The translations under genes and the position numbers were made by a program. A stretch of DNA of 59,274 nt, filler included, from Dimargaris cristalligena (Eukaryota): NCBI GenBank assembly GCA_003614675.1. It is 2 parts of 2 records of this genome, joined end to end, with 100 filler letters (N's around TTAATTAATTAA, not from the genome) between each part and the next. Parts side by side here need not be neighbours in the genome. Positions count along the whole stretch, not along the records: positions 29,707 to 59,274 come from ML002481.1; 1 more part is not named here. The stretch is one strand, 5' to 3'. This document shows, piece after piece, positions 29,607-41,768 of the stretch (position 1 is its first letter; each line of letters starts with the position of its first letter). The notes beneath the pieces are model-generated. The model was given only the letters and a program-made list of their open reading frames with translations, did not search any database and was not told the DNA's origin.

Positions 29607-29706
29607 NNNNNNNNNNNNNNNNNNNNNNNNNNNNNNNNNNNNNNNNNNNNTTAATTAATTAANNNNNNNNNNNNNNNNNNNNNNNNNNNNNNNNNNNNNN
29701 NNNNNN
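29607..29706. other. Artificial contig-join spacer: 44 N + TTAATTAATTAA + 44 N
   Basis: An exactly symmetric 100-nt spacer with a palindromic six-frame-stop linker at 29651-29662, preceded by a poly-C contig end (29570-29606). Confidence 0.95.
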
Positions 29707-32328
29707 CCCTGATAAGGTTATCGGGCTATATTACCTTGTGGTATTAATTGTGACCACAACAACGGTCTATAAATATACCGAAGTAGGGAAGTATATCAGG
29801 TGCTCATTTAAAAAGTCACATTTAGTTTTCGATGCTTCTAAATTGACAGCTTGATATATCAGTGTCAATTAGAGGCACGTTAAATAGACTGAGCGTATCT
29901 TGGAGGACCAATGTCGGCTCATCCTATCCCGGATGCAATATACTATCAAAAATATATGAGGTGTAGATTTTTATTCAATCAAGCCAGGCCCGCAACCAAA
30001 ACCAGAAATGGTGAGTTTATTAAATCACATAGCAAAATCTGTTTACTTCCCTATAAATGCAGTCCTATAGCCCAGTGGTCCTCGTAATATAATGGGGGAG
30101 GCGTGAGCCGATGTGATTAGATGAAAGACGTAATTGAACCCCGAAAGTTGTGGGTATCGCGGGGTCTTCTAAATCCTATTAGCCGAGTTACCAAAAATCA
30201 ATATTGGATTTTTTTCTACCGAGATAAATGCGCAATCGTTTCCATTACTGGTTGGCAAAGGCTCATAAAATGGAGGAATGAATCATACACAGTCGTAAAC
30301 CATACCGATACAATCCCCGTTGGGCATTACTTTGCCGGCTTTTGCGTTCTCATGTGCTCTTTGGACTTTTCTTTATAGCCTAAAAAGAGAGGGTTTAGAA
30401 ACAGCGGACAATCTCAAATCGGCAACGACCCGGACTTCGCGGAGCACCTCGGGTCATCACTGAAGAAACCTATCAGGTTAGAGGTAAATCCCTATCAATA
30501 GGTGTGGGCCTTGCTTAATGGCGGGCCATCGGTGGGCTCCTCCAAACTAAGGTTTCTATTTTGTTTAGTGCTGCGGCTAAGATGACCGGAGGATGGTGAA
30601 ACCGATTTTTATTTCCATTATAGAAAATATTGTAACTATGCCGTCCATGCGGGGAAATTTGGCAATTTAATATGGCAGTTTAAGCAGGATTGTTGGGGAT
30701 CAACCCGTGTCATGACGATCCAAATCCATAGTGTTGATCACAACAATGCCAAAGTTGTTGACATTCATTATAGTTTTTTAATAAAAAAAATCAAAAGAAA
30801 AATAGGGACAAGCCATCCTTTACCAATTCAGTGCTTACGCCGTTTAGTAGAGTAAGGCATGTATCTAACCGCCTGGGGGGAGTGGCATTTAGGCTATTAA
30901 AGCCGATGAATTACTGTCCTAAACATTGGCTGTGGTCGCCCACCTTCCCCTTGTGGTTTTCTACCATACTTAGTGCAACCCCACCCAAAAGCCAGCGCAT
31001 TTTATAATGGAGGATGTGATGGGACTATGGGTAGAATGAGAAGGGTAAGGAGGTGACGGTGGTTGTTGTGGCAGCGCCCCTAGTGAATCGACAGGGCCCC
31101 GGACACTGATTAGGATCTATTTCACTGCCACTACACATGGTGGACCAAGATAACGCCAGTGTGGTCTATTAATGAGAGTTTATAATATTATCCTGGAGTA
31201 GGATACACACCAGCGGCCAGGGAAGTGTCAAGCCGGTCTAGGTTTATGATTATATCATTGACTGTACACGCGCTAATGGTGGGCCAGTTGGTAGATTTGG
31301 CATTTAGCCCAAATCAGCGCGAAGGTGCACAAGCCAAACCATCTTACCGTGGGGTAGATTGCCGACTCCAAGCCCGGTTAGTAGACGCAGATCATCGAGT
31401 AAACACCATAATATTGTGGCCATATGTAGCCCATGGCGCGCATACCCCCGATACCGACGGTGGAACTGCACGCCATGACTCTCCACTCTGGCGGTGATGC
31501 GACTATTGGACAAGGGGTTGGGTCTGGAAATGAATTCGTCACTATATACAAAGGGGACTACATGGCCCTAATTACGTTTTAATCATTGCGAGCGGGGATG
31601 GTGGGCAGCTTAGTTGAGGCATGGTAATTCGAGTGTCTCTAATGGGAAAAAAGGAATGGCCAGTACGTGCGGGGGAGGGTAGGTAGGTCTTATTTGAACG
31701 CCAATACATTTAAAATATGTGATAATTTGGCCAATCTTTGCCAAGCGAAATAATAAACATTTCAAGGACAACCAGAGGAGGAATAAAAACCAACAGTCGA
31801 GGACCCCTTCGGACAAATGAGGGTAACTGACATAATGTTGTGATCGATGGGTCATTCTGTATCCAAACATTGGATACATTCTCTCACCGATGCCTCTTTT
31901 TCCATTCGCGTGGTCAATTCCCAAGTGCAGTCAATATGGATACCAGAAGGGCGGATGATACAAACATTAAGGAAGACAACCATCGAACCGATAGGTAGGG
32001 AGCTGCAATGGACTACGTGGATGGTGCAGTAATGACTCGGCCGATATAAACGGGCAATTGCCCTATGACGGACCGTCTTACCCTACCCGTTTTCTACCCC
32101 TACCGGTTGATACTGGCCGTATAGCTAAATCCACACCGGTCCTTTCGTTGGACTTTTACGGGGCTTTCAGTTAGCCACCTTCCCTCTGCATCTGTTACAT
32201 ACCATCCCGCGATCAGACCATTTGCGAGCCGCTGCTGACTCCGTGTCGACCCCGGTCTTTAGCGGGTACCATTTAATGTACATTGGTACACGGTGGCTTT
32301 CCCACCACCTTTAGGTAAATACATCTCC

Positions 32329-32350
32329 ATATATATATATATATATATAT
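32329..32350. repeat. (AT)n microsatellite
   Basis: About 11 AT units. Confidence 0.9.
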
Positions 32351-34284
32351 TCGAAGCCATGGCCTGTAGTCCCGTCCGTACCAGATAACCCCAGGACCGG
32401 TTTTATATGCAAGCCGCGCCCACGGTACCCCCAGTACCTCCCACATAGTTGGGGCGGGTTATCCAGTATGGCGGGTGCATCCACGTGCGGAGTGAGCCAT
32501 GGGTGGCAATGGGGGAGTCATCAGACCCACCATGGCCAAGGCCTGTGTGGGTTAGGATGCTCTTTTATCCACCAACCGGAACACAGTCCCCTATTGCTAA
32601 GTCATCACGCTGATGTCTGTGGCCACTCCTCAATTCAGGGCCACTGTTTATTCGAACTCCCTGTGGTTAGAATAGGCGAGGGACAATAAGGGATCCATTA
32701 AGCAAATCGAGCAGTGGGGGGCGGGAGATCTAATTAGGACATTTCGGGTAGTGGGGTGGTTTACAAAGGGACATCTAACTCGACCGGGCCCAGAAGGCTG
32801 GGGGGTCGTAGAGGAGATGCAAGGGGACCAGGGTGGTTGTTTCAGTTCAGCCGGTTGCTAGAAGACCATTGCTGCCCGTAATTCCCCGACCTTAACCCCG
32901 ATGTAGATTATTTTTTTCATGGACAATTACCTACCCATACTTCAGGGATTCGCACTGGAGATCTGCCAGCGATAATTGGCCTATAGATTACCCTATTCGC
33001 TGGTACGTTATGGTTTGCCCCACATGGTGGTTGACTAGGGCTATGTAGTTTTTTTATATGTAGCCTTCGTGTCTGAGGTTGAATAAAGAAAAGAGGCATT
33101 GTGGGGTTAAAAGATTACATGTGCCAACAGGACCACGATTGGACAGCTGCAGGCCAATGGCCGCGGCCCCACCTGGGCACTTTCGAGACGTCATCTGGGC
33201 AAGCCTAGAAGCGGCGAATCGACAACGCTTTTACTGCAGAGCCATGGGAGAGTAGTAGTCGGGGGGTAATGGCCATCCAACGAGTCTGGGGGATATCTGC
33301 GTGCGAAAAATGGGTCAAAGGGGGGGGGGGAGAAATGAATAGGGGGAGAACTACCCATCCATTGGGCTGGGGTGGAGGAGAATGCCCCTGGGATTGTCCA
33401 TGAGGCTTTCTTAGTGGTTGTTTGGGGGACCGACGAGGTACTAGACCTTTTCCCCCGTCAAGTCGCACGTTTCGCAGCACTCGATCCGTCGGATGCACAT
33501 AACCACGGCGTAATGGCTGGGGCCTCAGCGGAGTGGCAGTTCGGGCGGATCATTCCTCCGAACGTACTCTACGTACGCTGGATAAGCCCACATGTTCCTA
33601 CCCGCTGCAACTGCACCCTCCTTTTCATTCCCCAGCCCTACGCATGCGCGGCCTCTCCCCTTGATCATTCAGTTCATTTAGCTATTAGTCCCGATTAAAG
33701 GGCTATTAGCCATCGATGCCTTCTTACCCAAGGAATCTCGCGGCGCCAACCCCATTACTACTACCACCATCGCTCCGTGGCATTCCTCGCACCCCTACTA
33801 TACCCCTAGTCCACACCCCTTCACCCTACCTTTGGGTTTAGAGTACCTGGGCATCGGGGGCTGAAGAGTCAAGGATCATCCGCCGCAGGAGCCCAAAGAA
33901 AAGGATTTCGTTTCATATACTCCCACCCTACCATGGCCCCGATGCACCAATAACCGTATTGCTCTAGCCCGAGGTTCTCCGCCGCATATCACTCTGCCAG
34001 TAGAGATTATTGGCCACACCTCCTCCTCTTTCATTCCACCACCGCGACAATACCCCCCTCTCTTTCTCTCTGATATTGCCCCGGCCCTCAGCAATGCTTC
34101 GCCCGCGGCTTGTTGTGCCGCATTGTTGATGATGGTCGCACGCACGGTTCGACTTGGGTGTATCAGTATAATACAAACGGGTGCCATTAATATTAGCCAC
34201 CAATCCATGCAACCAGCCTCAAGCTGGGGCGATCCATGCTGGCTCGAGGAGCGGGGTTGGCTAACCAAAATCACTCGAGCTGGA

Positions 34285-34290
34285 CACACA

Positions 34291-34321
<31 letters not shown>
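34285..34321 (+). repeat. Compound (CA)n(CT)n microsatellite
   Basis: acacacacac followed by about 14 CT units. Confidence 0.9.
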
Positions 34322-34324
<3 letters not shown>

Positions 34325-35185
34325 CGTCACTTTTAGCGGCCCTGTTACGCACTACGCGGCTGGCTTTTGATTCGCGCGTGGTTTGAATGGAGCCGGAGGA
34401 TAGTGGAATCTCGGTCGCCATGCAGTTGGGTTAGCCTCCTTCCCCCTTGACAGCTGACAACTTTAGCATACACTCGCACCGGACTGGTGGTTTAAAGGGC
34501 TACAGACACATACATATTCCGCTCCTCGGTTGAGAATACAGACCCTCCATCTTTCTTCTCTCTTCTTTACTTTACTTGATTGAACTACCAATACTAACTA
34601 GCATTAATACGAACGCTACTAACTCTAACTCTAAGCCTGTGTTCTATCCTACCGCTGTTTCTTCTTTCTTATTTACATGTCTACTGTGTCTAGCCAGACC
34701 TGTTTTATCCACTAACTCCCCGTTGTTTACTTGTTACGCCAAGGTTTGTGTGTGCATCACGGCTCCAAGTTCTAGAGATCTTATTTTTCAAAAAGGGATT
34801 TATCCGCTAGTTCCTGCTTCCGTATGCGCCTGGTTTCCACTTTGGCCTACTGTTGGTGTGAATTAATCAATCGACTCATTAATATTTAGTTCATTCGCTT
34901 GACTCCATCACCGCCAGCGACCCGACCCACCTCCGGTACTCACTCATACCCGCATACACCAACTGCAATTTCAGTGTGTGTATGCACACGCCTCCACCGT
35001 CACCTCTTCTCACCCGTCAGCGGCCCCCACCTACTCTCTCCATAACACTAAGCCAGCGTCTGGTCTCAACCGCCGTTTGGGTTGCCCCGTTCCACTCTCT
35101 AATACACTCCAGGTGCCCGAGTTACCTGTATGCTCCAAGGGCCTATATATCCAACATCGCCTTATTATACTCCGGCATCTACTGC

Positions 35186-35231
35186 CCAAACCAAACCAAA
35201 CCAGACCAGACCAGACCAGACCAGACCAGAC
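35186..35231 (+). repeat. (CCAAA)3(CCAGA)6 pentanucleotide array
   Basis: Read directly from the sequence; the unit switches from CCAAA to CCAGA. Confidence 0.9.
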
Positions 35232-35870
35232 CCACATATACCCACCCACACCCACACATATAATATCCACACATACACATTCACACCAACCGTAGATCGC
35301 CGGCCTGCACTTCGGCTAAGGGTGACCACTGTATAAATATTAGTCGTCGAGAAAAGACTACCGACCACTCGACTGGTTCCAGCTTGCTTCCGCTTCCCTC
35401 AATGCGGGCATGAGTCCTCCCTCTCTCTTGTAACAGCAACACACACACACACGCACCCTATTTGAGAATTAAGCCGCCATCATTACCACCACTACTGACT
35501 GACCCAGCTGGACCCTTCACTGCCTATTATAGCCAAATCCCTCCTCTTCCCTCCCTTTTCCGCCAACTCAATAACTTCCTTCTTTCGTAGGCAAGTTTCC
35601 TTCAGCATCCACCAGACGCATATATCCCACCCATACAGCATTGGCTGGTTGTTTTATTTTTTGGGGGCTGTATGTATGCGCCGCGTTGCTTGTGATTGCT
35701 ATTTTCATTTTGACCTTGCATCTTGTTCACTTTCTCTCCCTATTCCCTTTTCCATACCTCTTTCCCTCCTCTTCCTCTCTCCCTCCGTCGACTGTTCCTT
35801 CCCCTCCTTGTTGTTCCCTTTTTACTGTACATAATATCTCCCCCTTCCATATATATTGCTGTCCGTGGCC

Positions 35871-38840
35871 ATGGTGGACCTGATACCGTTATACTCTACC
35901 GTTTTCTACGAGGTCTCTGAACAGCCTAGTTTTGGTTTGACCCCTCATAGGCGCCCCCAAGTGCCCGCCCATTTAACTCCCATTCCCACTACTCCCGTCA
36001 AACCGCTCTCCCAATCCCCAGCCGCGTCCGCTGCAACTTCGCAGCCCCCCAGTCCCACCAATCCCAGTCCGCCACCCATTGGAAACACAGACGACCCCAT
36101 GCTGCTGCACGCCTCCAGCGGAGACGACGGTCTCGAATCCGACTACAACCACTACGCCTCTCCAGGGCGCAGCACTCTCGAGGTTCCTGTGCCCACCACC
36201 AACACCCCCCAGGCATCTCAAAATAGTGCCACCACCTTCTATATCCGGTACGTAGCCAAAGACTTTTGGAAGCAACTTGCATTTCCTCCCGGCCTCACTG
36301 TCACTCAGGCCAAGGACATTTGTATGCTTCGGTGTAACATTTGGTCACCCTTCACCGGCACCGGCCCCGTTCCTGGCGACCACCCGGCCGAGGGGGCCCA
36401 ATTCGATACCGTGAACCGCCCTGGCTCCCACGGACGAGGCGTTCAGCCGCGTTCGAAATTGGACATATTTGGCCATAGTGGGACTAACCACCGGCGAGTG
36501 TCCGAGTACCGGCCCCACCAGACTTCCGCCGATAGTAGCGCCAGAGACCTCGCTGGGAACCCCGCCCCAAAGGCCACCGCTCCTGGTGCAACCCAGAGCC
36601 TGGAGTCGTTCCGGCAACAATTTGGCCTATATTGGGCCGCTGCGGGCCACTGGCTGGAACCCCACCGCAAGCTCAATTCCTACCCCCTGTCCCCGTACGA
36701 CGTGATCGAACTCCAGCACCACACCGACTTTATCTATATTTCCCCTCTCGAATACCAACACCACTACGCCGAGGGCTTCATGTATAAGTTGTACATGAAT
36801 GGTCTTAATCCAGCCTGGAAGTTGCGGTGGTTCGTTGTACGCGGCATGAGGCTCTTCTGCTACAAGAAAAAGGGCGATTCAGTACCACTGGGCTCCCTGG
36901 ACTTCCAACTGCCCGTCCAAATTTGTGAACAATCGGCCAACGGACGAGACGAAATCCTAGGCGGCCCGCAGGGACCAAGTCCTTTTCCACCTCAAGCGGG
37001 ACCCTCTCGGCACGGCTTTCTCCGCGACGACTCTACCCTAGGCAGTCGACCTACTTCGGGTACCTCCACCCCTCCCTTTTCGTCCAGCATGATGAATCCT
37101 TCCGTCAGTCTGGCTACGCATGGGTCTGGAAGCGGTATGTTTACTATTCAAGTCGGGGACCAGCATATTACGGTCAAGACCCTTAATATCATGGAGCACG
37201 AGCACTGGCGTCGGATTTTCCTGGACCTCCAGCGGGACTCTGAGAATCGTCGCCCCAATCTCCCTTCCCACGAAGCCCTCCGACGAGTCGTATCGGCTTC
37301 GGTCTCCCGTCGGACAAGTATCATCTCCAATTCCAACTCTGTTTCCACCAATTCCGCTAGCGATGCCCTGAGTGCCGTTGGTCCCCCACCTACACGCGCC
37401 TCCCCTTCTTTTTTTCGATCCAAGTCTAAGCACCTGCAGCAACTTAACATTAAGGATTCTGCTGGTGGACGGTTAGGGGAAAACCCTCCGGAGCTATCGC
37501 TGGACTCCCCTCATAGCATTCCCTGCAAGGCCAGCTGGGTGCTTAAAAAGGCCAACATTGGATACGGTGTACGGCGGCGATTCGCCATCCTTCGCCCCGC
37601 TGAACTGTGGATGTTCAAGGATGAGGCCTCGGCCTACGCCTCCCCGTTGCTGAACCACCCGCCGAAGAGCAAAGAATTCCAGGCCATCCCATCCAATAAT
37701 TCCGCGGCGTCGTTACGATCCCTCTCTCCTATCCTGACTGCGACGCCGGGAACAACAGCCCCTACTACTACGGGACCTGGTACTGGCGCTTCAGGTAATT
37801 TAACCTCGCTTGCCCAGGTTTGCGTGGAACACACCCACGAAAACGGGCGGTATCATTTCCGGGTAACTCTCGTTGGAGAATCCCTGACTCAGCTACGGAA
37901 AAACTATGCGCTCCCCAGCCATCGCCGCGGCGGTACTCAACTCATGTTCTCGTCAAGCAGCGTCGCTTCGGGCAGCGTTTCATCGTTTAACAGTAGTAAC
38001 TTTTCCATGAAACAGGGCGACTACCCCGCCGATTCACCATCTGGGGGCGCTCCACATTCAACCAACCCCACTTCCAGCCACTCCAATATTTCGGTGGTCA
38101 GTCTCTCGACGGTGGCCACTGGCGGGTTCCTCAAGAATATCCCCGACAAACGGTTGCTGACTAAATTCTATGTAGAATCGTGGGAGGATAGCCAGGCCTG
38201 GAAGGACGCTTTCATTTACATTGGCGGGGTGCCTGTTGACGACATGATTCAGAGCAAGCTCTTCATTCCCCGGGCTGACCCCCTGACCCCGACTTCGGCG
38301 TCCAGTTCAACCGATCTTTCCAATATAATGCACGGTTCAGGCACTAACTTGGATGGACACTCTACGCCCAATACCCCCGGCTCGGGTTCGTCACCTGTTC
38401 GTATGTCGGGAAACGGCATGAATATACCTTTCAATCGCCACCAATTCGCCACTCCCCAGCAACACCACCACCACGCTTCAAGCGAAACTAGCCATGCTAT
38501 GTTTGGCATATCAATGCCCATCACCACTACCTCATCCCCCATGATGTATCTGACGGCCCCATTCACCCCGAATTCGTCGGCCCATACTTTGTCTACCCAA
38601 AGCACCCACTCAAACAATAGCGTGGTCATTAATCCCCAGCAAAGCATATCGCGGCCCGAATCCCCCATCACAACCATTACCCCCTTGTCAATGTCAACCA
38701 GTTATTCCGTCTCCTCCGCCTCCCAACAGGTTTTCTCACCACGGTATCCAACGGGACACGCCCTAGGGGATCACGTCCCCCGAATCACCAAGAAGCATTC
38801 GCGGAACATTCTGCATCATTTTTCACGAGATCCCAAATAA
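35871..38840 (+). CDS. Ubiquitin-like (talin FERM-F0-like) domain plus two PH domains; start codon uncertain
   Basis: About 989-aa ORF. FYIRYV..KQLAFPPGLTVTQAKDIC and FGLYW..GHWLEPHRKLNSYPL..YDVIEL form the F0-like part. PH1 is EGFMYKL..WKLRWFVVRGMRLFCYK..GSLDF..EHEHWRRIF; PH2 is ASWVLKK..RRRFAILRPAELWMFK..DSQAWKDAF. Ser/Thr/Pro-rich linkers separate them. Confidence 0.8.
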   Translation: MVDLIPLYSTVFYEVSEQPSFGLTPHRRPQVPAHLTPIPTTPVKPLSQSPAASAATSQPPSPTNPSPPPIGNTDDPMLLHASSGDDGLESDYNHYASPGRSTLEVPVPTTNTPQASQNSATTFYIRYVAKDFWKQLAFPPGLTVTQAKDICMLRCNIWSPFTGTGPVPGDHPAEGAQFDTVNRPGSHGRGVQPRSKLDIFGHSGTNHRRVSEYRPHQTSADSSARDLAGNPAPKATAPGATQSLESFRQQFGLYWAAAGHWLEPHRKLNSYPLSPYDVIELQHHTDFIYISPLEYQHHYAEGFMYKLYMNGLNPAWKLRWFVVRGMRLFCYKKKGDSVPLGSLDFQLPVQICEQSANGRDEILGGPQGPSPFPPQAGPSRHGFLRDDSTLGSRPTSGTSTPPFSSSMMNPSVSLATHGSGSGMFTIQVGDQHITVKTLNIMEHEHWRRIFLDLQRDSENRRPNLPSHEALRRVVSASVSRRTSIISNSNSVSTNSASDALSAVGPPPTRASPSFFRSKSKHLQQLNIKDSAGGRLGENPPELSLDSPHSIPCKASWVLKKANIGYGVRRRFAILRPAELWMFKDEASAYASPLLNHPPKSKEFQAIPSNNSAASLRSLSPILTATPGTTAPTTTGPGTGASGNLTSLAQVCVEHTHENGRYHFRVTLVGESLTQLRKNYALPSHRRGGTQLMFSSSSVASGSVSSFNSSNFSMKQGDYPADSPSGGAPHSTNPTSSHSNISVVSLSTVATGGFLKNIPDKRLLTKFYVESWEDSQAWKDAFIYIGGVPVDDMIQSKLFIPRADPLTPTSASSSTDLSNIMHGSGTNLDGHSTPNTPGSGSSPVRMSGNGMNIPFNRHQFATPQQHHHHASSETSHAMFGISMPITTTSSPMMYLTAPFTPNSSAHTLSTQSTHSNNSVVINPQQSISRPESPITTITPLSMSTSYSVSSASQQVFSPRYPTGHALGDHVPRITKKHSRNILHHFSRDPK

Positions 38841-41768
38841 TGTATCCTCTTTCTCATTCACTCCCTCCCTCCCAACTTCCCCATGGCCAGATACTCAAGT
38901 GGGAATTCGCGAAATTTGGGATGTGTCTGGTCTTGAACCATGTATTGACTAACAAGTAATATTACCTTAACTTTGCTGTATTCCTACTCTAAGGGCCAGT
39001 TTTGGATGTGTGGCATGTATGGTCAGATAATCTCTGACTTTTATTATTTATGAAGATCACCTGGCTATATTTGCTCCTTAACTAGGCGATTTGTGGCCGT
39101 TAATTTGTCACACACGCAGATGATTTTCCCACGTTTTTATTTTCAACCCCCCCCCCCACATTCGATTATTATTTTAGTTATAGATTTTCTCATTATATGA
39201 TAGTTTTATATGTAGCTCTCACTCCCCTTTACACACATTATTCCCCCTCCTCTTTAATTTTGCGGTTCTTTTTGTTTGCAGTCTTATGTTCTTAGTGCGT
39301 TTGCACTTATGATTGTCGTTTTGTTGGTTACAGTCGATATTCGACAATATCGAGTTTCCATCCACCTACACTCCCCTTTCTTCTATTGATATTCAGATTT
39401 CACAGTTGTACTCTTAATGCCTAATTTACGATGTATAAAACACGGATTCAAATATAGACACAAGCTTACGAATGCCACAAGCATTTTCTCGAGTCTCTTT
39501 GACCAGCAATATTGATGATTTACTTAGTAGACAATAATAGCTTGTCTTTTCCTGTGGATTAATATCATAGTGATAGTAAACATAACAGTCCGTACTTTCC
39601 TTTCATTAGACTGAACTGCTTTAAAAGGAGCGGCGCCATATCCTGCTTCAAAGAGTCGGGGTAATAAAGCCACGGGAAATGACCCTGGCCAACTATTCAC
39701 TTGATGCCTTAATGCTAATTAGAAGCGCTGGGTGGTTTATAAGTATTTTTCGAGCCTAATAGTTCGAACGGGTGTATGAGGGGCATTTAACCCTTGGCCC
39801 ATTAATTGGAGTCTATCTAAATTGTCGTTAGACCTGCACTGTATCGTATAGTTTCATTGGGACTATATCATATTCCCAAAAGGAGTATTGTATTATAATT
39901 ACACATTTACCACTTCCACTACCTCTCCTAAACATAAGCGGGTTCTTCTAGCAGGATACGTTTCTTTTCGGAACATCTGCAATATTATACCTGAAGAAGA
40001 TGGGGGGGGAAGAAAGGGGGAGGGTCTGTGAAACTTTTTATACCCTTCCCCCCCTCTTCAATACCTGACTCGAATAGCTCAATCTACTTCTTACCTTTCC
40101 TCATTTCCTCCCCCCTTTCCCCTCAGTACATTTCTCGTTTCCAATAACCACACATTCACACACCCCTGGTTTACTTTGAACATACCATTCCGACTTGTAC
40201 GGAACTTCAAGCTGAATACGAAATTCCTCCCCCCCCACTTCGGTCCCATTGAAACCCCTCGTTACCATCGGTCTCAGCTTCGAGCCACATATATATATAT
40301 ATATATACCCACCTACATACAAGCATATATCCTCATACATATAAACATATAGGCCCGTCATGTTCGGCATTAACTTGACCCCAGAGGTAGGTCAATTCAA
40401 TGCATTTCCGGTAGCTTGACATATAGATAACCCACCCCCCACATGTCCCCCTCTCGCCGACTACTGTACCCTAGGCCACATCTCCTACCATTATTACCCC
40501 ATGACAAGACCACCCTATGCCTACCTTATGGGGAACCTATCATACTAAACTAACCCATATCGCCAAGTCGGGCCACCCCACCCATCACGACTATAATTAT
40601 ATATGGCTTAATTTTGGACCATAATGATACTATACTGCCTCTCTCCCCTTAGCAACAGGCCGTTATTAGTCGGTACGTGGGCCGCTCTTGGGGTGGTGCT
40701 ATAATACTGGCGGGCATCGGATACGGCTTAGGTAATTTACATTAAATTATACCAATCGCATTGGGCTAAAATGTCCCTCGAGGATTACTACGGAGGAGGG
40801 GTGGGCATCACGTACACGAGAGACCCCCCCCCGCTCCCATATATGTTAAGATTAATCTAAATAATTTCTCAAAATAGAATGCCTCTAACGATTACCTTAA
40901 ATCTGGTTTGGTTTATCTTCATTTTATCCCTTAGCCCAGGTACTGGGCTCGCCAAAGGATACCCCAGGTAAATTAGATACCAATTCCAATTCCAACTCCC
41001 ACCCCAAACCCGAATCTCAGTAAGCTGATGGGAAACCGAAGATTCGCCGATACGGACTGATAATGGCGAGTTATCGCAATGGACCCTTGCATCTCTATAA
41101 AGAAAAATAAACCGCGCGCCTTTCTTTTATTAGAGCACACGAGATCGATGAAATCCCTCGCTTACTGAGACCATGAACAATTCAATCATTTACCGCTATT
41201 GATCAACAACGCCACGTGGCAATGTATTGCTAGAGTGGCGTATAATAGATACTTGAAGTTTATATATATATCAAAATAAGGTTCGTGTGTCTAATCTGTA
41301 ATTCACGACAATTAAAAACTAAAATAAAGTAAAAAGCATGGATCGGAGTCAGACGCGACTTGGACCATCCCAGTGGGTCAGTAGATATATAAAAAAATAG
41401 GGAGGGGGGGGTGCGTGTGGCAATCATCTTTCCCACTAGTGAAAAAAAAAAGCCAGTGATATGAGGAAAAAAGGAATGGGGGATAGAATATCTACACAAT
41501 GAGCATATCAAAAGGAATGGCCAACACCTATTCTACCGCCTGGTCTAATTCCCGTACGAAAGGGGAAAGAGGCGGAGTGAGAAGAGAGCTGGAGGGGGTG
41601 CAGAGACGGAGGGCATATAGTACGCCAACCAGTTTAGGAAGGGTGAAAACCTCTGAAGCGAAATTAGCCTGGAGAGATTAACAAAAATAATAAAACGTGA
41701 AACAAGGAATACAAGAGATAGGGCATTCATCATTTTTCCGTGAATAATAATACCACTTTCCTTTCGCC

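Noticed and set aside
29651-29662. TTAATTAATTAA as a piggyBac target site or a biological palindrome
   Set aside because: It is centred within equal N runs, so it is a synthetic linker.
34130-34170. GGTTCGA T-loop-like motifs as tRNA genes (also near 5007, 46735 and 54958)
   Set aside because: No cloverleaf stems or A-box could be built around them.
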